DNA of 64,000 bases from the human T2T-CHM13v2.0 reference genome, Homo sapiens. The notes under the pieces are model-generated. The model was not told where the DNA came from. It worked only from the letters and a program-made list of their open reading frames with translations, and did no database searches. Position numbers and translations under genes: made by a program. This document shows positions 44,102 to 58,883 of this stretch, piece by piece. Position 1 is the stretch's first letter. Every line of letters starts with the position of its first letter. Location: the NCBI RefSeq assembly GCF_009914755.1, contig NC_060947.1; one strand, written 5' to 3'.

Positions 44102-45834
44102 GGGTCTATCCCAGTCTTTCTTATTTCAGAACCAAAGGCAGAGTTCAGGGGAAGCTGAAATGAGGTACCACACTCTTATAAGGATGTGGAGATAACTGTA
44201 TTAATTTAAGGGCTACTAACAGAATTTATTCATTCATTCTTTCAACATGACCCAAGTATTGTTTTAGAAATAGTGAAGAAAACAGATGAAATTCCCTGTC
44301 TTCACGAAGTTATATTGTAATGAAAGGTAAGTCCTTTTAGGGAGAAAACTGCATATATTGGGACAAATACTTTAATAAATGCTTGCAGCAGAAGGTAGTA
44401 AAGCCCCTCTGATGATGACCAGCAGGGACACCCCTGTAGTCTGACAAAGTTAAGTTTATTAACTTCCTAAAGCAAGGGAGACTGCACATCAGAGGAAGCA
44501 TGGGGCAACTCGTGAAACAAATGAGGTGATAGGGATATTTGAGATTGGGAAGAAGAGGGGAGGTAAAATTTAAATGAAGCAGCATTTTGATAGTCTCAAG
44601 GTAGAACAGGGATATGCGTAAAGGCATCAGCATCAGGCCTTAGCTCAGAAGTAGACCCAGCCTAAGATACTTGAGAGCAAGGCTTTTTGGCTCTATGTTC
44701 ATTTGTTAATTAACAAAAAGAATCTGAGTTTATTTTTACAGATTCAAAAAGGTCATCCCCCAACTCTAATGACCTTAGTGTTAAGTGGCAACAAGGCCAC
44801 ATAAAAGTAAGGAGGCTGCTCTATCAATGTAGAAGGAAAAGAATTTAGCATTCTCAGGGAAAGCTGAGAGGCAGGGGTGAGGAGCTGTGATGGGAAGGGC
44901 ACAGTCAGAGTGAGATGCACGAAGCCTGGTGGCAAGGGGAGGGGTAATGTGACTGGGGAAAGTCTACTGAGCTCATGGATGGATTGCGAGTGAGAGCAGT
45001 AGTAGGAGTGAGAGAGAGAGAAAAAGAGAGAATGAACGAGAGAGAGAACCAGATGGAGAGACAAAGGCTATGTTTCATAAAAATATAGTGTGGGACAGGG
45101 ACAGCATGAGTGCCCGGGAAGTATTAGGCTCCTCTGGAAGTTAACAGAAGTTTTTGGAATGTGTTTGAACTTACACAGGCCATGAAATAATTTCACATCA
45201 TAGATCACAAGAGCAGGAAAACTTCAAGCTAATTTAAAATATATACGACACAGGACAAGTCAAAGAAGTCTCACTTCAACCTACAAATAATAAATTTGCA
45301 GAACAAATTCCCTCAAGAAATAGACACCTGGATTCAAGTTCTACCTCTATTAGTCAACAACTGACAGATTCAGAAACAGGCAAACAGAAGTCACAATGAC
45401 CATGGAATAAGCAGTTGAGACAAGCAAGATATTAAAAATGTAAGAAAGCCAAGCTGGTTAAGACAGCACTATTTCCATGTACGTACTTCTTCCTCAAGAA
45501 GCAGGTGGTTCCATGGGGCCCCTGTGGCCTCACTCTAAAGGTGAAGGTAGGACAATCAGTTACATCTGGCTAATGGAAATCAAGTGTCCACTGTTGTGTT
45601 ATGCCGATAATGTAGAGAGTGAGCTAAGACTACAGGCAGGCGGGGCCACCCATGTGCAGTGAGACAAAGATAATTGTAAACTTAACTGTCTAAAATACAA
45701 TTTAATATCTTGGCATCTTAAGAATACACAACTTTAGTATTATTGGCTGAGCCATTAAAAGTCACCATGTGAATCCAGAGTTATGGTCCTGAGCAAGGAA
45801 TCACAACTGGAAAGGAGTCAGACTTCAAGACTTA

Positions 45835-46150
45835 GTGAGGCAAATCTGTCCTTTAGGGATATTTTATTTATCCCACACAGTGACTTAAAATGTTCTTAAG
45901 CTAACTTTCCACAAGTTAAAAAATGGGAGCCATCATGTTATTTAAAAAATCAAGTTACCTGCTTCTCTTGAAGAATCAGAAGATCTAACAAGATTTGGCC
46001 CATATTCCCATGTGACAAAAAGCAGCTGCAGTGGATGATAAGTGCATTCTCTGTTTCCCTGGAGTCCCTACCACTCCTGATTGTCTCATACCCAGCCAGT
46101 TTCACTGATTTCTATTACTTGGCAGACTCCTGGAGGCGTTTGTAATTCCT
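45835..46150. mobile_element. MER102-like hAT element
   Basis: GCTTCTCTTGAA.AATCAGAAGATCT..GGCCCATATTCCCA motif. Confidence 0.5.
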
Positions 46151-47049
46151 GACTAAAGTACCAACGTTCATAGCACTTTGCTGAAAAAAAGATGAATATA
46201 TCCCATTTGTTCACTCATATTCTTAAAAAGTGGTTTGGGGGATTTTGTCCAGAATATAATATTACACTTTAGTAAGGTTCTTTTTTTCTAGGCTGTGCAA
46301 AGGGTCATGCTTCCCCTCACTCCAGATTTCCTTCTTCATTCACTGTATGGTCAGTGTGGTGTCTTCTGTTTGGTTATCAATATTTGTTTGTGAAGAAGGA
46401 CAGTGTGACCTCTCGGGCAGGAGGACCCTTAGAGTGAAGAAAGCCGTTAGCAAATCAATCCTAAAGTGATTTATTTCCAAGCAATAGATAGCAAGGAGGC
46501 AGTGTATATATATCATTTGGACAAGGCCTTAATAAAGATAAATTCGGAGTTTGAGTTCCTCTAAGGAAGTGGCTTTAACTTCCGACATATGCCAAAATGC
46601 ACTTCACAACTAATTAGGTGGTATTCACATATGCCTTGCAAGTGAGTATAGTTAGGCACTTGGATAAGAGTGATGCATTTGTCTACATTTAGATGTGCCA
46701 TTGATGGTCTGAAAAATCAGGGGACTTTGAGACCATGGAGCAACAGCAAGAGTTAAATTCAAGGAGATTCTCAAAGCCAATAATTAATGCATGCTCATTA
46801 AAAAATCTATGTCAAGACTGTTTTGCTGCAGCACAGAGGGCAAATAAACATTGAATGTCAGTCTTACCTTCATGTGATTAATAAAATCATGATTGCAGAA
46901 TTCCATTTTTATTGTCTCATATATACATTTGTAGGATCTCTGCAGTCATGCATACACACGCTTACAAGTTGGGGTAAAGGACTAGGGCTGACTCAATCGT
47001 CCAAATGATCTTAGCAACTAGTACTTTGAGCTCTCTGATTTGGAACTCA

Positions 47050-47190
47050 GGACCCAGACTAAAATAAGGCAAGCTAGGTGCCTAGGGCACAAAATTTAAG
47101 GAGGTGCTCACTTCCAGGGCATGCGTATGCAAGTTAGTGCCTCCTTAAATTTTGCTCCCTTGGGGCCTGCTTTGCCTCACCCTAGCTCTG
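47050..47190. mobile_element. MER96-like palindromic MITE
   Basis: Internal inverted repeat CAAAATTTAAGGAGG ... CCTCCTTAAATTTTG. Confidence 0.7.
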
Positions 47191-47307
47191 TTGAGAATAT
47201 TTTCATTCTTGAATTGTGATGCTAAAGTTCTCACTAAGGGAATAGGAAGGCCAAAAAATGTGGAATACCTACAAAATCAAGTGCAGACATGAGCAATAAC
47301 AACTTAC

Positions 47308-47345
47308 CGGACACACTGGGCAGATAATACCATAAACCCTTATAT
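47308..47345 (-). other. Candidate 38-nt internal exon
   Basis: - strand: branch point TACTGAC, pyrimidine tract CCCTCTCTTTCCTTACT, TAG acceptor, donor CCG|GTAAGT. Confidence 0.4.
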
Positions 47346-48569
47346 CTAGTCGACAGTAAGGAAAGAGAGGGGTCAGTATAAATTAATGGCATGTCTGAAT
47401 ATCCATTTCTCAATTCCAAAGCCTAGTAATGGAACTAAGGGCTAAAAAGAAACTGCCAAGTAAAGAGCCTACAGGTAAAAAGTGAAGGATCCCACTGTGA
47501 AGTTCTGTGGTTTGTGATTGGTGCATTAGTCGATTGTACCAGTGGGGCTAATAGAAACTAAAACTCATTTTTTCAACTAGGCTAAGAATCTGTAAAATCT
47601 TAATAATGTGATTAATTTGCTTGTGAAACCTTTTACATACAGAGTCCAAAAGGGAAACCTCAGCTCTGTCTCATTTACGACAAAGTCCAAGTACAAAATA
47701 GTTCCAGTTAGGAGTTCCATCACGCAGGCAGGTGTGAGGCAGGAGACCTCAGGTCTTCTTACTTTGCTTCATAAGACTTAGGCTAGATTACAAACTAGCC
47801 TCTGTTTTAAACCCTAACCCACTTTATCTTCTCTTCCTTCTTCCACCCTAATCTCCAAGGCCAACACATGACTACGTATGTTAGGACTGAGAAAAGAACA
47901 GGCTAAAATGGTGCCAACTTGAGTCATTATTATCCAGCTTTAATTGGTACCCAACTTGAGACTTTCCAGATAGAAGATCACTGAGTGTTTCCAGGTGGGG
48001 AAAAAAAAAAGCCACCTCATCAACAAAATTGATAAAATTGGCTTATGAAGCTCTGTGGGCATAAAGTCACGCTTGTTAAGCAGAGAAGCTCTCTGGTAAT
48101 GAATTCCAAACATAGGGATTAGCATTTCCTTTGAAATAGTTACAGCACATGGGAAAAAAAGTCCTCAATAAAATGTGGTTTCCATTTCCTGAATTTCACT
48201 TAGCTCAGCTCTCTGGCTGGTGTTCCCTTAGTTTGGCTGGGCTATGTAGGAGTGGAGTTTTCAACACACAATTTTCAAATGGGTAATTGCACTAAGCATA
48301 GTCCAGAAACTAACATAAGTAGTGTTGCCCTTCAAAAGCTTATGTTCAACATTCTAAATTAGTTGAAGCCACTCATCAATTATTCAAATATTTATTAACC
48401 ATATCTAAGTGTGCATGCTCTATTCTTAGTGCTGTAGGGAGGCAGGGTGAGAGTGACAGATCCAGGTTCTGCTATGGGAGTTAACTGTCTAGTAAGGAGG
48501 TTAAGTTATGCACATGAATAGCTAATATGAAGTAGAAAAAATTACATTCCACAAGAGAGAAACAGACAG

Positions 48570-48740
48570 TGGGCTGGAACACTCAAAGTGTATTCTTCAG
48601 ACCAGTGCATAAGTATCACTTCAGAGCTCATTAGAAATGGAGAATCTCAATTCCCAATGCTGACTGACTGATTCAGCCTCTGCAGTTTAACAAGATCTAC
48701 GGGTGATTCTTGTACACATTAGTTTCAGAAGCCCTCAACT
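48570..48740. mobile_element. MER5-like hAT element
   Basis: CTCAAAGTGT..TTAGAAATG.AGAATCTCA..TTTAACAAGATC..GGTGATTC. Confidence 0.65.
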
Positions 48741-48839
48741 AAAATAGATCAGAGGAAGGAGAAATTGCTTCCAGCTGAGGGGCTCAGAAAAGCCTAAAGA
48801 AGGAAGATGGCATGTGAGCCAGATTTCAAAGTGTCATAA

Positions 48840-49260
48840 ACTTGGTTGACCACCAAAATTTTTTCTCTGCTTCTTCCATACATATAGCTAGACTACATTT
48901 CCTAGCTCCCCCCTTCACAGTTATGTATGAATGTGCCCACTTCCAGACCCAGACCCTAAGAGAGTGTACATGTCTTATTCACCCTTTCCTTTTCCTCTAG
49001 CTGGAACGTGAATGAGGTGGGCCACTCTTCATCATTCAGATTAGGATGACACTCTAGGGGATGGTAGAGCAATAACTTTTTGACCTGACAACTTATAAGG
49101 AGGCTATGATCCTGAATGACCACACAAAGCAGAGTCATTGCATTCTGAAACACAACAGAGCTGTTACACGAGAGAAAAAAAAATGAAGTTCTGAATTTTT
49201 AAGCCACTCTACTCTATGGTCTCTTTTTTATAAGGGCCTATGGTTACTGTAACAAATGCA
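48840..49260 (+). mobile_element. Old MLT1-type LTR
   Basis: GCTAGACTACATTTCCTAGC..CCTGAATGAC..TTTAAGCCACT motifs. Confidence 0.55.
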
Positions 49261-50767
49261 GACATATAAAATGTCCATACAGAGAGATGGTGAGAAAGGT
49301 GTTGCTCATTAAGGGAGCAGCATATGTAGACACAGGTATGTGCCAATGCTTATGGAGCATTCGAGGAATCACAATCATTTGACTGAAACATATGGTATAT
49401 GAAGTTGTAAAAGCAAATAGAATTAGAAAGGTAAGTTGAAAATTAGATTATGGGTGATGTGGCACTCCAGGCCACTGGTGACAGGGAGCTACTGAAGATC
49501 TAACATGGGAATGACACAATGTTTGGGGGAAAACATTCTGGCAATAGTGTGTGTAATGTGTTGAAGTGGGGAGAGAAGAGGTGTAGAAAGTCCAGTTAAG
49601 CTTTTGCGATAGTCCAGCTGAAGAATGGCAAGAAGAACCTCAATGAGGTGATTCTGGTAGAAATATAGGGATAAAAGTGTTCATATTTTCAATTTAGGTA
49701 CTTCTCCAATAAAATCTAATAAGGAGCTTTGAGCTTTCAGAGGCAGAACCAACAACCGGGTATCTATTGTAGACTATAATTAGTTACTCCAATTCCACAG
49801 AAATACAGTAAGCCACCACAGATCTTTGAACGTAGACGTAGGCAACAAAAGAAAAAATATATACGAATATGGGAAAACTTTCATAACCAGAAAAAGCTAA
49901 TTATTATGTGGCAATGTATCAAATATATTTCTCTTCATTTATATTTCTAGAAGTTAAACTAAAAGTGACTTTTTTGTGAAATATTATCTTCCAGAGCTCC
50001 TCTCACTTCTAAGCTAAAGTTTTCTCTTTGACTAATTGTCTACAGTAAACACCTAACATCTGACCTTAGTTTCTTTACCTCAGACTCTATTATAACCCTA
50101 GAGGCAATCATTTCAATACACTCTTCATTAGAGCCAGAGTTAGAGTTGTTAACATTTTAAATTTAAAAATACTTGTGTAATTTTGCTTTTACGAAAATGT
50201 ATATATTTATGTATGGGGTATGCCCTAAAGCATGGCTCAGCCATACTAGAAAATAAGTAAGCTTCATGATAAAGCTGGTACTGGTTACAACTCCAGGATT
50301 GTAATGGGATCCAAATGAAGCACTCCTGAGGGTGTGAGCACACAAATATTGAACTTGAAAATTACAGGCTTTCAAGAGTGTAGAGAGTGTACTAATGAAG
50401 TTGATTGAAATCAATTACCCTTCTGAAAATTGGGAGGTATTCAGAGAACAATTAGGAAGACTCCAATCCATATTCATTAATATAGAGTGGGTCCCCAAAT
50501 GACAGAGATAGCTGCTGTGATTAACAAAGAGGTTTTAAAAAAAGACAGCCTCATAAAAGAAATAGACGTGGGAAAGACTTCCAGTGCACAATGGACAGTA
50601 ACATACTTATATTAGAAAGAAGTTGCAATCTAATTCACGATTAAATGTATTTCTTAGTAATAGAAGTAGAATGAGGGAATTCAATTCAAGTGTGCTACAC
50701 AACACACAGAGAAAATGAAGAAGACTTTTTTTGCTCCCACCCATGGCCTATTTGATAACTTGGTATT

Positions 50768-51128
50768 TGTCTTGGTCCATTCAAGCTGCTATAACAAAAT
50801 ACCATAGACTCAGTGGCTTATAAATAACAGAAATTTATTTCTCACAATTCTGGAGGCTGAGGAGTACAAGATCAAGGCAGACTTTGCATCTGGTGAGGGC
50901 CCACTTTCTGGCTCATAGATGGTGCCTCTTATTATATTCTCACATAGTAGAAGACACAAGGCAGCTCTCTGGGGTCTCTTTTGTTTAGGCATGAAACTTA
51001 CTCATGAGGGCTCTGCCTTCATGACTTAAACACCTCCCGAAGCCCCCACTTTCTAATACCACTACATTGGAAGTTAGTGTTTCAACTTATGAATTCTAAG
51101 GGGGAACACAAACATTCAGACCATAGTA
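50768..51128 (-). mobile_element. MaLR solo LTR (MSTD/MLT1A-like)
   Basis: TGTCTTGGTCCATT..GCTGCTATAACAAAATACCATAGACT..AAACATTCAGACCATAG. Confidence 0.85.
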
Positions 51129-51499
51129 ATAATATAACATGTAATAAGTCAGGGCCTAAACATAGGAGAGGAAGAAGGCAGCTGCCTGTCAGGAGATCCC
51201 TAGCCAGAAAGCTCTCCCCTGCTGGGCTGCGTTGTACAAACAGTCTCAGAATTCATCTTAGCCCTTAAGAAATGAATTCAGGTTCTAATCAAAGGCCTAC
51301 CACCTATTTGCTGAGGTTTCTTGAGGGAATCATCAACCTTTCTGTAAAACGTTGATGACAATACTTTATTCTGTAAAATGTTGATGATAATACTTTGTTC
51401 TACCAACCTCACAAAGTTGTTTATAATCAAATATGACTGCATATGTGAAAGGTGATCATTCCTGCAGAATATAATGAATTTTTATTGTTTTACTCCCTT

Positions 51500-51745
51500 G
51501 TTCACAGTGACAGCTTACTATGTTCAAGGCACAGTGCAAAGCATTTTATCTTCATTAATGATTTACTCTTCACAACTACTCTATGGAAATGGGTTCTATT
51601 ATTATCCCATTGTACAGGTAAGTAAACTGAGTCTCACAGAGTTTAACATGCCCATGGTCACACAGCTAGTAAATGGCAAAGCCACAATATGAGGCCAAGC
51701 AGTTTGATTTCAGAGCCCATATTCTATACCACTGCACTCTACTGA
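51500..51745 (-). mobile_element. MIR
   Basis: ATTATCCCATT..AAACTGAG..GGTCACACAGCTAGTAAATGGCA. Confidence 0.75.
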
Positions 51746-52097
51746 CTCCTGACATTAATATCTGACATGTTAATATCTGCAATTTACAGGTTACAGTATA
51801 CTTTCATATACGTACTCATTCGATCAGTACCCCAATCCTGTGAGGTAGGGAAATTATCTCCAGTTGCTTGGAGAGGAAACCAGATTCAGAGGGAATTACT
51901 TAACCAAGGCTGAACAGCTAGTGTTAAGTGTTATTCCCAATATGCAAAAGCTGCTTTACCAATTTGTACTGTTTTCCTAAGTACATGGGGATCAGTAAAT
52001 GTTCTCTTGGTTAGCTGGCATAAGAATTCTATTCTCTGGGGAAAATATATGTTTATGTGTGTGTATATATACACATATATACACATACACGTGTATA

Positions 52098-53370
52098 GTT
52101 TTTTTATTAATAGGAGACAAGGTATACAAATTTATTTAATATGTGTACACAAGAACTTTCAGAATGAAGACCCAACTTCCTAGTAAGGTACAGAAGCTTA
52201 TATACTATAAATGCCCAACAGGTTCTTCCTGCCCACTGCAGAAACAAAACCAATTCACTGAGATTATGGCACTGCAGTAAAGAAAGAGTTAATTAATACA
52301 GGCTAGCCATGTGGAAGATGGAGTTATTACTCAAATCAGTCTCTTTGAAGACTCAGAGGTTAGGGTTCTTCAAGGATACTTTGGTAGATAGGGGACTAGG
52401 GAATGGGTACTGCTGACTGGTTGCAGATGCAATCATAGGGGTGTAGAAAATGGTCTTCACATTCTTTTACAGAAATGAATGCACTGAGTCAGCCTCTGGG
52501 TTGAGGGGGCTGAGCACAGGACAAGCTGAGTCATGAGTCACAACTCCCAGTGGAGTCAGTCAGTTACCAGAATGCAAATATTTGAAACACATCTCAAAAG
52601 ACCAATCTTAGCTCTACAATAGTTATGTTATCTATAGGAGCAATTGGGGACATCACAAATCATGTGACATCTGGCAACATGACCCTTGAGCAGTAAGGCA
52701 TTATAAAAACTATGCCTACATTTTAGCATAATTCCGGCCCCTCCCATAATCCTAATCTTGTGGCCTTTCATTAGTCAAAGGCAGTTTAAGCCCCTGAACA
52801 AGAAGGCAAACAGTTTTAAGAATAGACTGTTATCATCCTTGCTTGGAAGTTAAACTATAAGCTCCTCCCATGGTTAGCTTGGCCTACACCCAGGAATGAG
52901 TGAGCATAGCCGGCCTGTGAGGCTAGAAGCAAGATGGAGTCAGCCATGCTAGATTTCCCTCACTGTCAATAATCTTTGCAAAGGTGGATGCAATACCACT
53001 TCAAGGTTATAGAAAGAATGGGGGTTTGAATCCTGGTAAAACAGATTATGGGATGGGGGAGAAGAGGAATTCTGTTGAGGGGATTACCAAGGAGAATGAA
53101 TGGATATGGGAACTTGTAAATACTTCTCTTTGGAATTTAAATGATCTTTGGAGATAGACATTATACTTGTAAAAGTGTCTGTTCAGGTGTAGTCACATGT
53201 TGGTCTTCTTTTCTGCAATAGATAAAGAGATAACAGGAAATGGAAGAAAAAAAAACAATTGTTCTCCTTGGTGGGTCTGGATCTTAGGCAGATAAAGGAA
53301 TTTCAGCTTCTTTGGGAGAGACAGTCGGGGAAGAGGGAAGGTCAGAGAGAGCTTCAACCTTCTTCATCTC
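52098..53370 (-). mobile_element. ERV1-class LTR interrupted by an LTR8-like LTR
   Basis: LTR-like sequence resumes after the insert (GAAGCTTATATAC|..|CACTTCAAGG). Family uncertain. Confidence 0.55.
52206..52991 (-). mobile_element. LTR8-like ERV1 solo LTR
   Basis: GGTTCTTCCTGCCC.CTGCA..GCAGTAAAGAAAGAG..CTCAAATCAGTCTC..TTTGCAAAGG. 4-bp TSD ATAC. Confidence 0.75.
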
Positions 53371-53372
53371 AG

Positions 53373-53471
53373 AGTGTGTGTGTGTGTGTATATATATATG
53401 TGTGTGTGTGTTTATATATATATGTTTATATATATACGTTTCTATATATATGTTTCTATACATATATATGT

Positions 53472-53504
<33 letters not shown>

Positions 53505-53506
53505 TA
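53373..53506. repeat. Compound (GT)/(AT)/(AC) microsatellite
   Basis: Read directly. Confidence 0.95.
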
Positions 53507-54792
53507 TTAATCTGATAAAGATCCATGGAATTTAGAAATAGCATGGCTCCTGAGGTGTAAGAGCACAAGACAACCATAGCTAAAGATTAAAGCCTAGGTC
53601 AAGTTCTAGTGAGGTGCCAGGATGGGGGCTCTAAGCATCCAAATGCATTTGCTAACTGACAATCCTAGAAACAGGTTGAAGATCTAAGCCATTTTTGATA
53701 AACTGTACCTCATAAGCCCTTCAAAGGTAAATCTATTGACAAGTATGATTCATTAGTATACTAAGCACAGCTTACAAAAGAACTCATCTGTGGAGCTTTT
53801 AACTGCAAAGAGTAATTTGTTTGAATGCAGAATTCAGTATCAGTCAATGAATGAAGGTCAGGATTAGGTGACTTCTCTTTAGCAGATTTCAAGTCAACCC
53901 TGAAACTCAGCCATCAGTGCATTTCCCATCGCCACCCCCACTTTCTCTCAAAGGCAAATGAAGTACACATATAAGGCTGAGAAATAAGAGACTCTTGCTT
54001 GTGGTATGCTTTCACTCTCTTCCTGGCTCTCTGCTCTCTAGACACCCAGTGACCTCATGCTGCCTCCCATTGCTGTGTACCATCTGGTGATGCCCTCACT
54101 GCAGTATCTCATGTCTCTCACCTACACTTATCTATTCGAGTAACCTACGTGACCCCTTTCCTTCGGATATCATGTGGGATTACAAGTGGCTCTGAGAAAT
54201 TAATTAGTACTAATTTGTTAATGGCCGAAAATAAATTTTGTTGTTTAGACCCACACCTATCCCACTCTAGGTAATAGAAGGCAGCGGGTACAGCAAATTA
54301 AAGCTGGCCTAAAAATCCACCAGACTGAAAGACACGACAACAGAATCCTAGCTCAACTTTTCTACAACTGGGCTGTGGGATTTATTCTCTTTGGGTGTCA
54401 CTTTCTTAACCGTAATCAGAATTCGTTTGTGGATTACCAGTACTCTCCTGCATGCCTCCACAGTCTATCCCTGCCTACCCCAAAGTGAAGAGGACTTATT
54501 TTGGAATTCGGTAGGTTTTTCTACAAAACAGGACTGACTCTACTTGTGTTTATACACAGCTCATTGCTCTCCAGAAGAGGCCCTCTCCTTTCCTTAATTG
54601 AATCTGACTCTATATTTTGAAGAATGGATGAAAAGAGAATGTTAGAAGCATTCTTAGAGTATTTTAACTTAAGGTTCAATCTTACAGAGTTGTAAATGCC
54701 AAGATAAGACTTTGGAACTTGATTCTCCAGGACAACAGGGAATCATGGAAGTTTTCTGAGCAAAGGAGTGACAAACAAGGTTGTGTTGTGTT

Positions 54793-56676
<1,884 letters not shown>

Positions 56677-57369
56677 TGGAGAGAGAAATCAGCAAGATGA
56701 TCCACTAGAGACACCAGGTGCTTGTCCCTCACCCCCCACAAGAAAGGACCAAGGCAATGAAAAAACAAATAATATTTAACTGGAGTGTCAAAAGAAGAGT
56801 GCTGCAGTGCAGATGCACCTTTGTTGACTAGAAATCCAGAAGAGCAGCATGGAAGCACCCAGCCTCTACAGCCCCTTCTTCCTCACCTGGATCAGATCTG
56901 CCTGGAGCCAGAAGGGACTTCCCATCATGGGGCAAAGGCAAGCAGAAGAACCCCACCAGCCTCCATTGCCTCACAAAAACCTATAGTCCTTACTACAGGA
57001 AAATCCCACAGATTTTTCACACCTACCCCCTGTGAACTTGAGACTAGACCCGCTGCTAAAGTCTACTGTACCTCCCCAACACTAGGGCTCCATCTTCATT
57101 CCACTAAGCCCACACTGGTAGCTGAACACTACAACCCCAGCTGTGCAGAGCTTGGACCCAGGATCAGCTATGACCTTGCTCCTGCACAACAGGGAAACCA
57201 ACTCCCACCATAGACACTTCCAGCCAGAGGAACAGTCTGGCATTCCCACCCAGTGCAAACCCACCCTTGAGCCAGCCAAACTGCTGCATTCCCTCCCTCA
57301 TGCAGGAAAGGCCCTCAAGCCTCTGAACAGCTGACGCACTCCCAGAAGGTGGAGTAGCTATAGACCCAC

Positions 57370-58010
57370 TCCCAAGGCCTGAGAAACAGACCCACCCCTT
57401 ACAGACAAGCCCCTGGCCTGACCAATAGCCATGCAGACCCTAATCAGGGCCTGAGAAAAGCTCCAGGGCCACCACTAGCAGATATACCCCCGTCCAATCA
57501 GCAGAGTGCCCATGCCTTGGGACTGAGAAACAGCCCCGCGGGCCACCCTGGTGGGCAAGCCTCCAGGCCAGCCGAGCAGCCTTGTACTCGCATCCCGGAC
57601 CTAAGAAGCAGCCCTACGGCCACCCCTAGCAGACATTTACCCATGCCAGCTGAGAAGCCATGGGACTGTATCCTGGGTCTGAGAAATATCCCTGTGGGCT
57701 GTCCCTGGCAGACACACCCCAGGTCAGCTGAGCAGCTGTGCACCTGCATGCCAGGCCTGAGAAACAGCCCCATGAGCCACCCCAGCAGACACATACCCAG
57801 GCCAGGTGAGAAGCCATACAACCACATCCCAGGCCTGAGAAATAGCCCCGTTTCCTGGCAGGCAAACCCCCAGGCCAGCCAAGCAACTGCGTGAGCGTGC
57901 TCCCAGCCAGAGTGTAACAGCCCTCATAGAACCAACCCAAGCCCCAAGTTGGTTGACTCACCATGGCACACACTCTCCCCCAACCTGAGAAATGCCTTGC
58001 AAGTCTACCC
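57370..58010 (+). repeat. ~78-bp degenerate tandem array in the L1M 5' UTR
   Basis: A CCTGAGAAA(C/T)AGCCC-like motif recurs near 57378, 57449, 57522, 57600, 57677, 57755, 57833 and 57983. Confidence 0.8.
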
Positions 58011-58508
58011 CCAGCAAAGCCACAGCACCACAACCACAAACTCTTCACTGTCTAGGCCCTGAGACACTCAAAATGTCACTAGCATGGATTACACATGGAA
58101 TATTCTCCAGGATTGATCATGTGTTAGAACACAAAACAAGTCTCAACAAAAAAAAAAATTAAAAGTGGAAATCCTATCAAGTATCTTACCTGGTCAAAAT
58201 GGAATGAAACTAGAAATCAATAACAAGAGGAACATTTTAAACTATACAAATGCATGGATATTAAACAACATGCTCCAGAATGACCAATGGGTGAAGGAAG
58301 GAATTAAAAATGAAATTTAAAAATTCCTTGAAACAAATGAAAATAGAAACAAAACACACCAAAATCTATAGGGCACAGCAAGAGCAGTACTGAGAGGCAA
58401 ACTTACAGGATGAATAAGTTTTAGGGAACTAATAAAAAAGTGAATACTTGACAGATCCTTACATAAAAAAAGAAAACATGAAAGATTTCAAATAAATAAC
58501 TTAATGAT

Positions 58509-58883
<375 letters not shown>

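Noticed and set aside
51605-51625. + strand CAG|GTAAGT (also CAG|GTAAGG at ~62320)
   Set aside because: Derived from the antisense MIR core (CCCATTTTACAG..), a common source of such motifs.
57370-58050. Regularly spaced repeat resembling a CRISPR-like array, plus overlapping ORFs
   Set aside because: The whole unit is repeated with degeneration and there are no unique spacers. It is an L1M 5' UTR tandem array in a primate genome.
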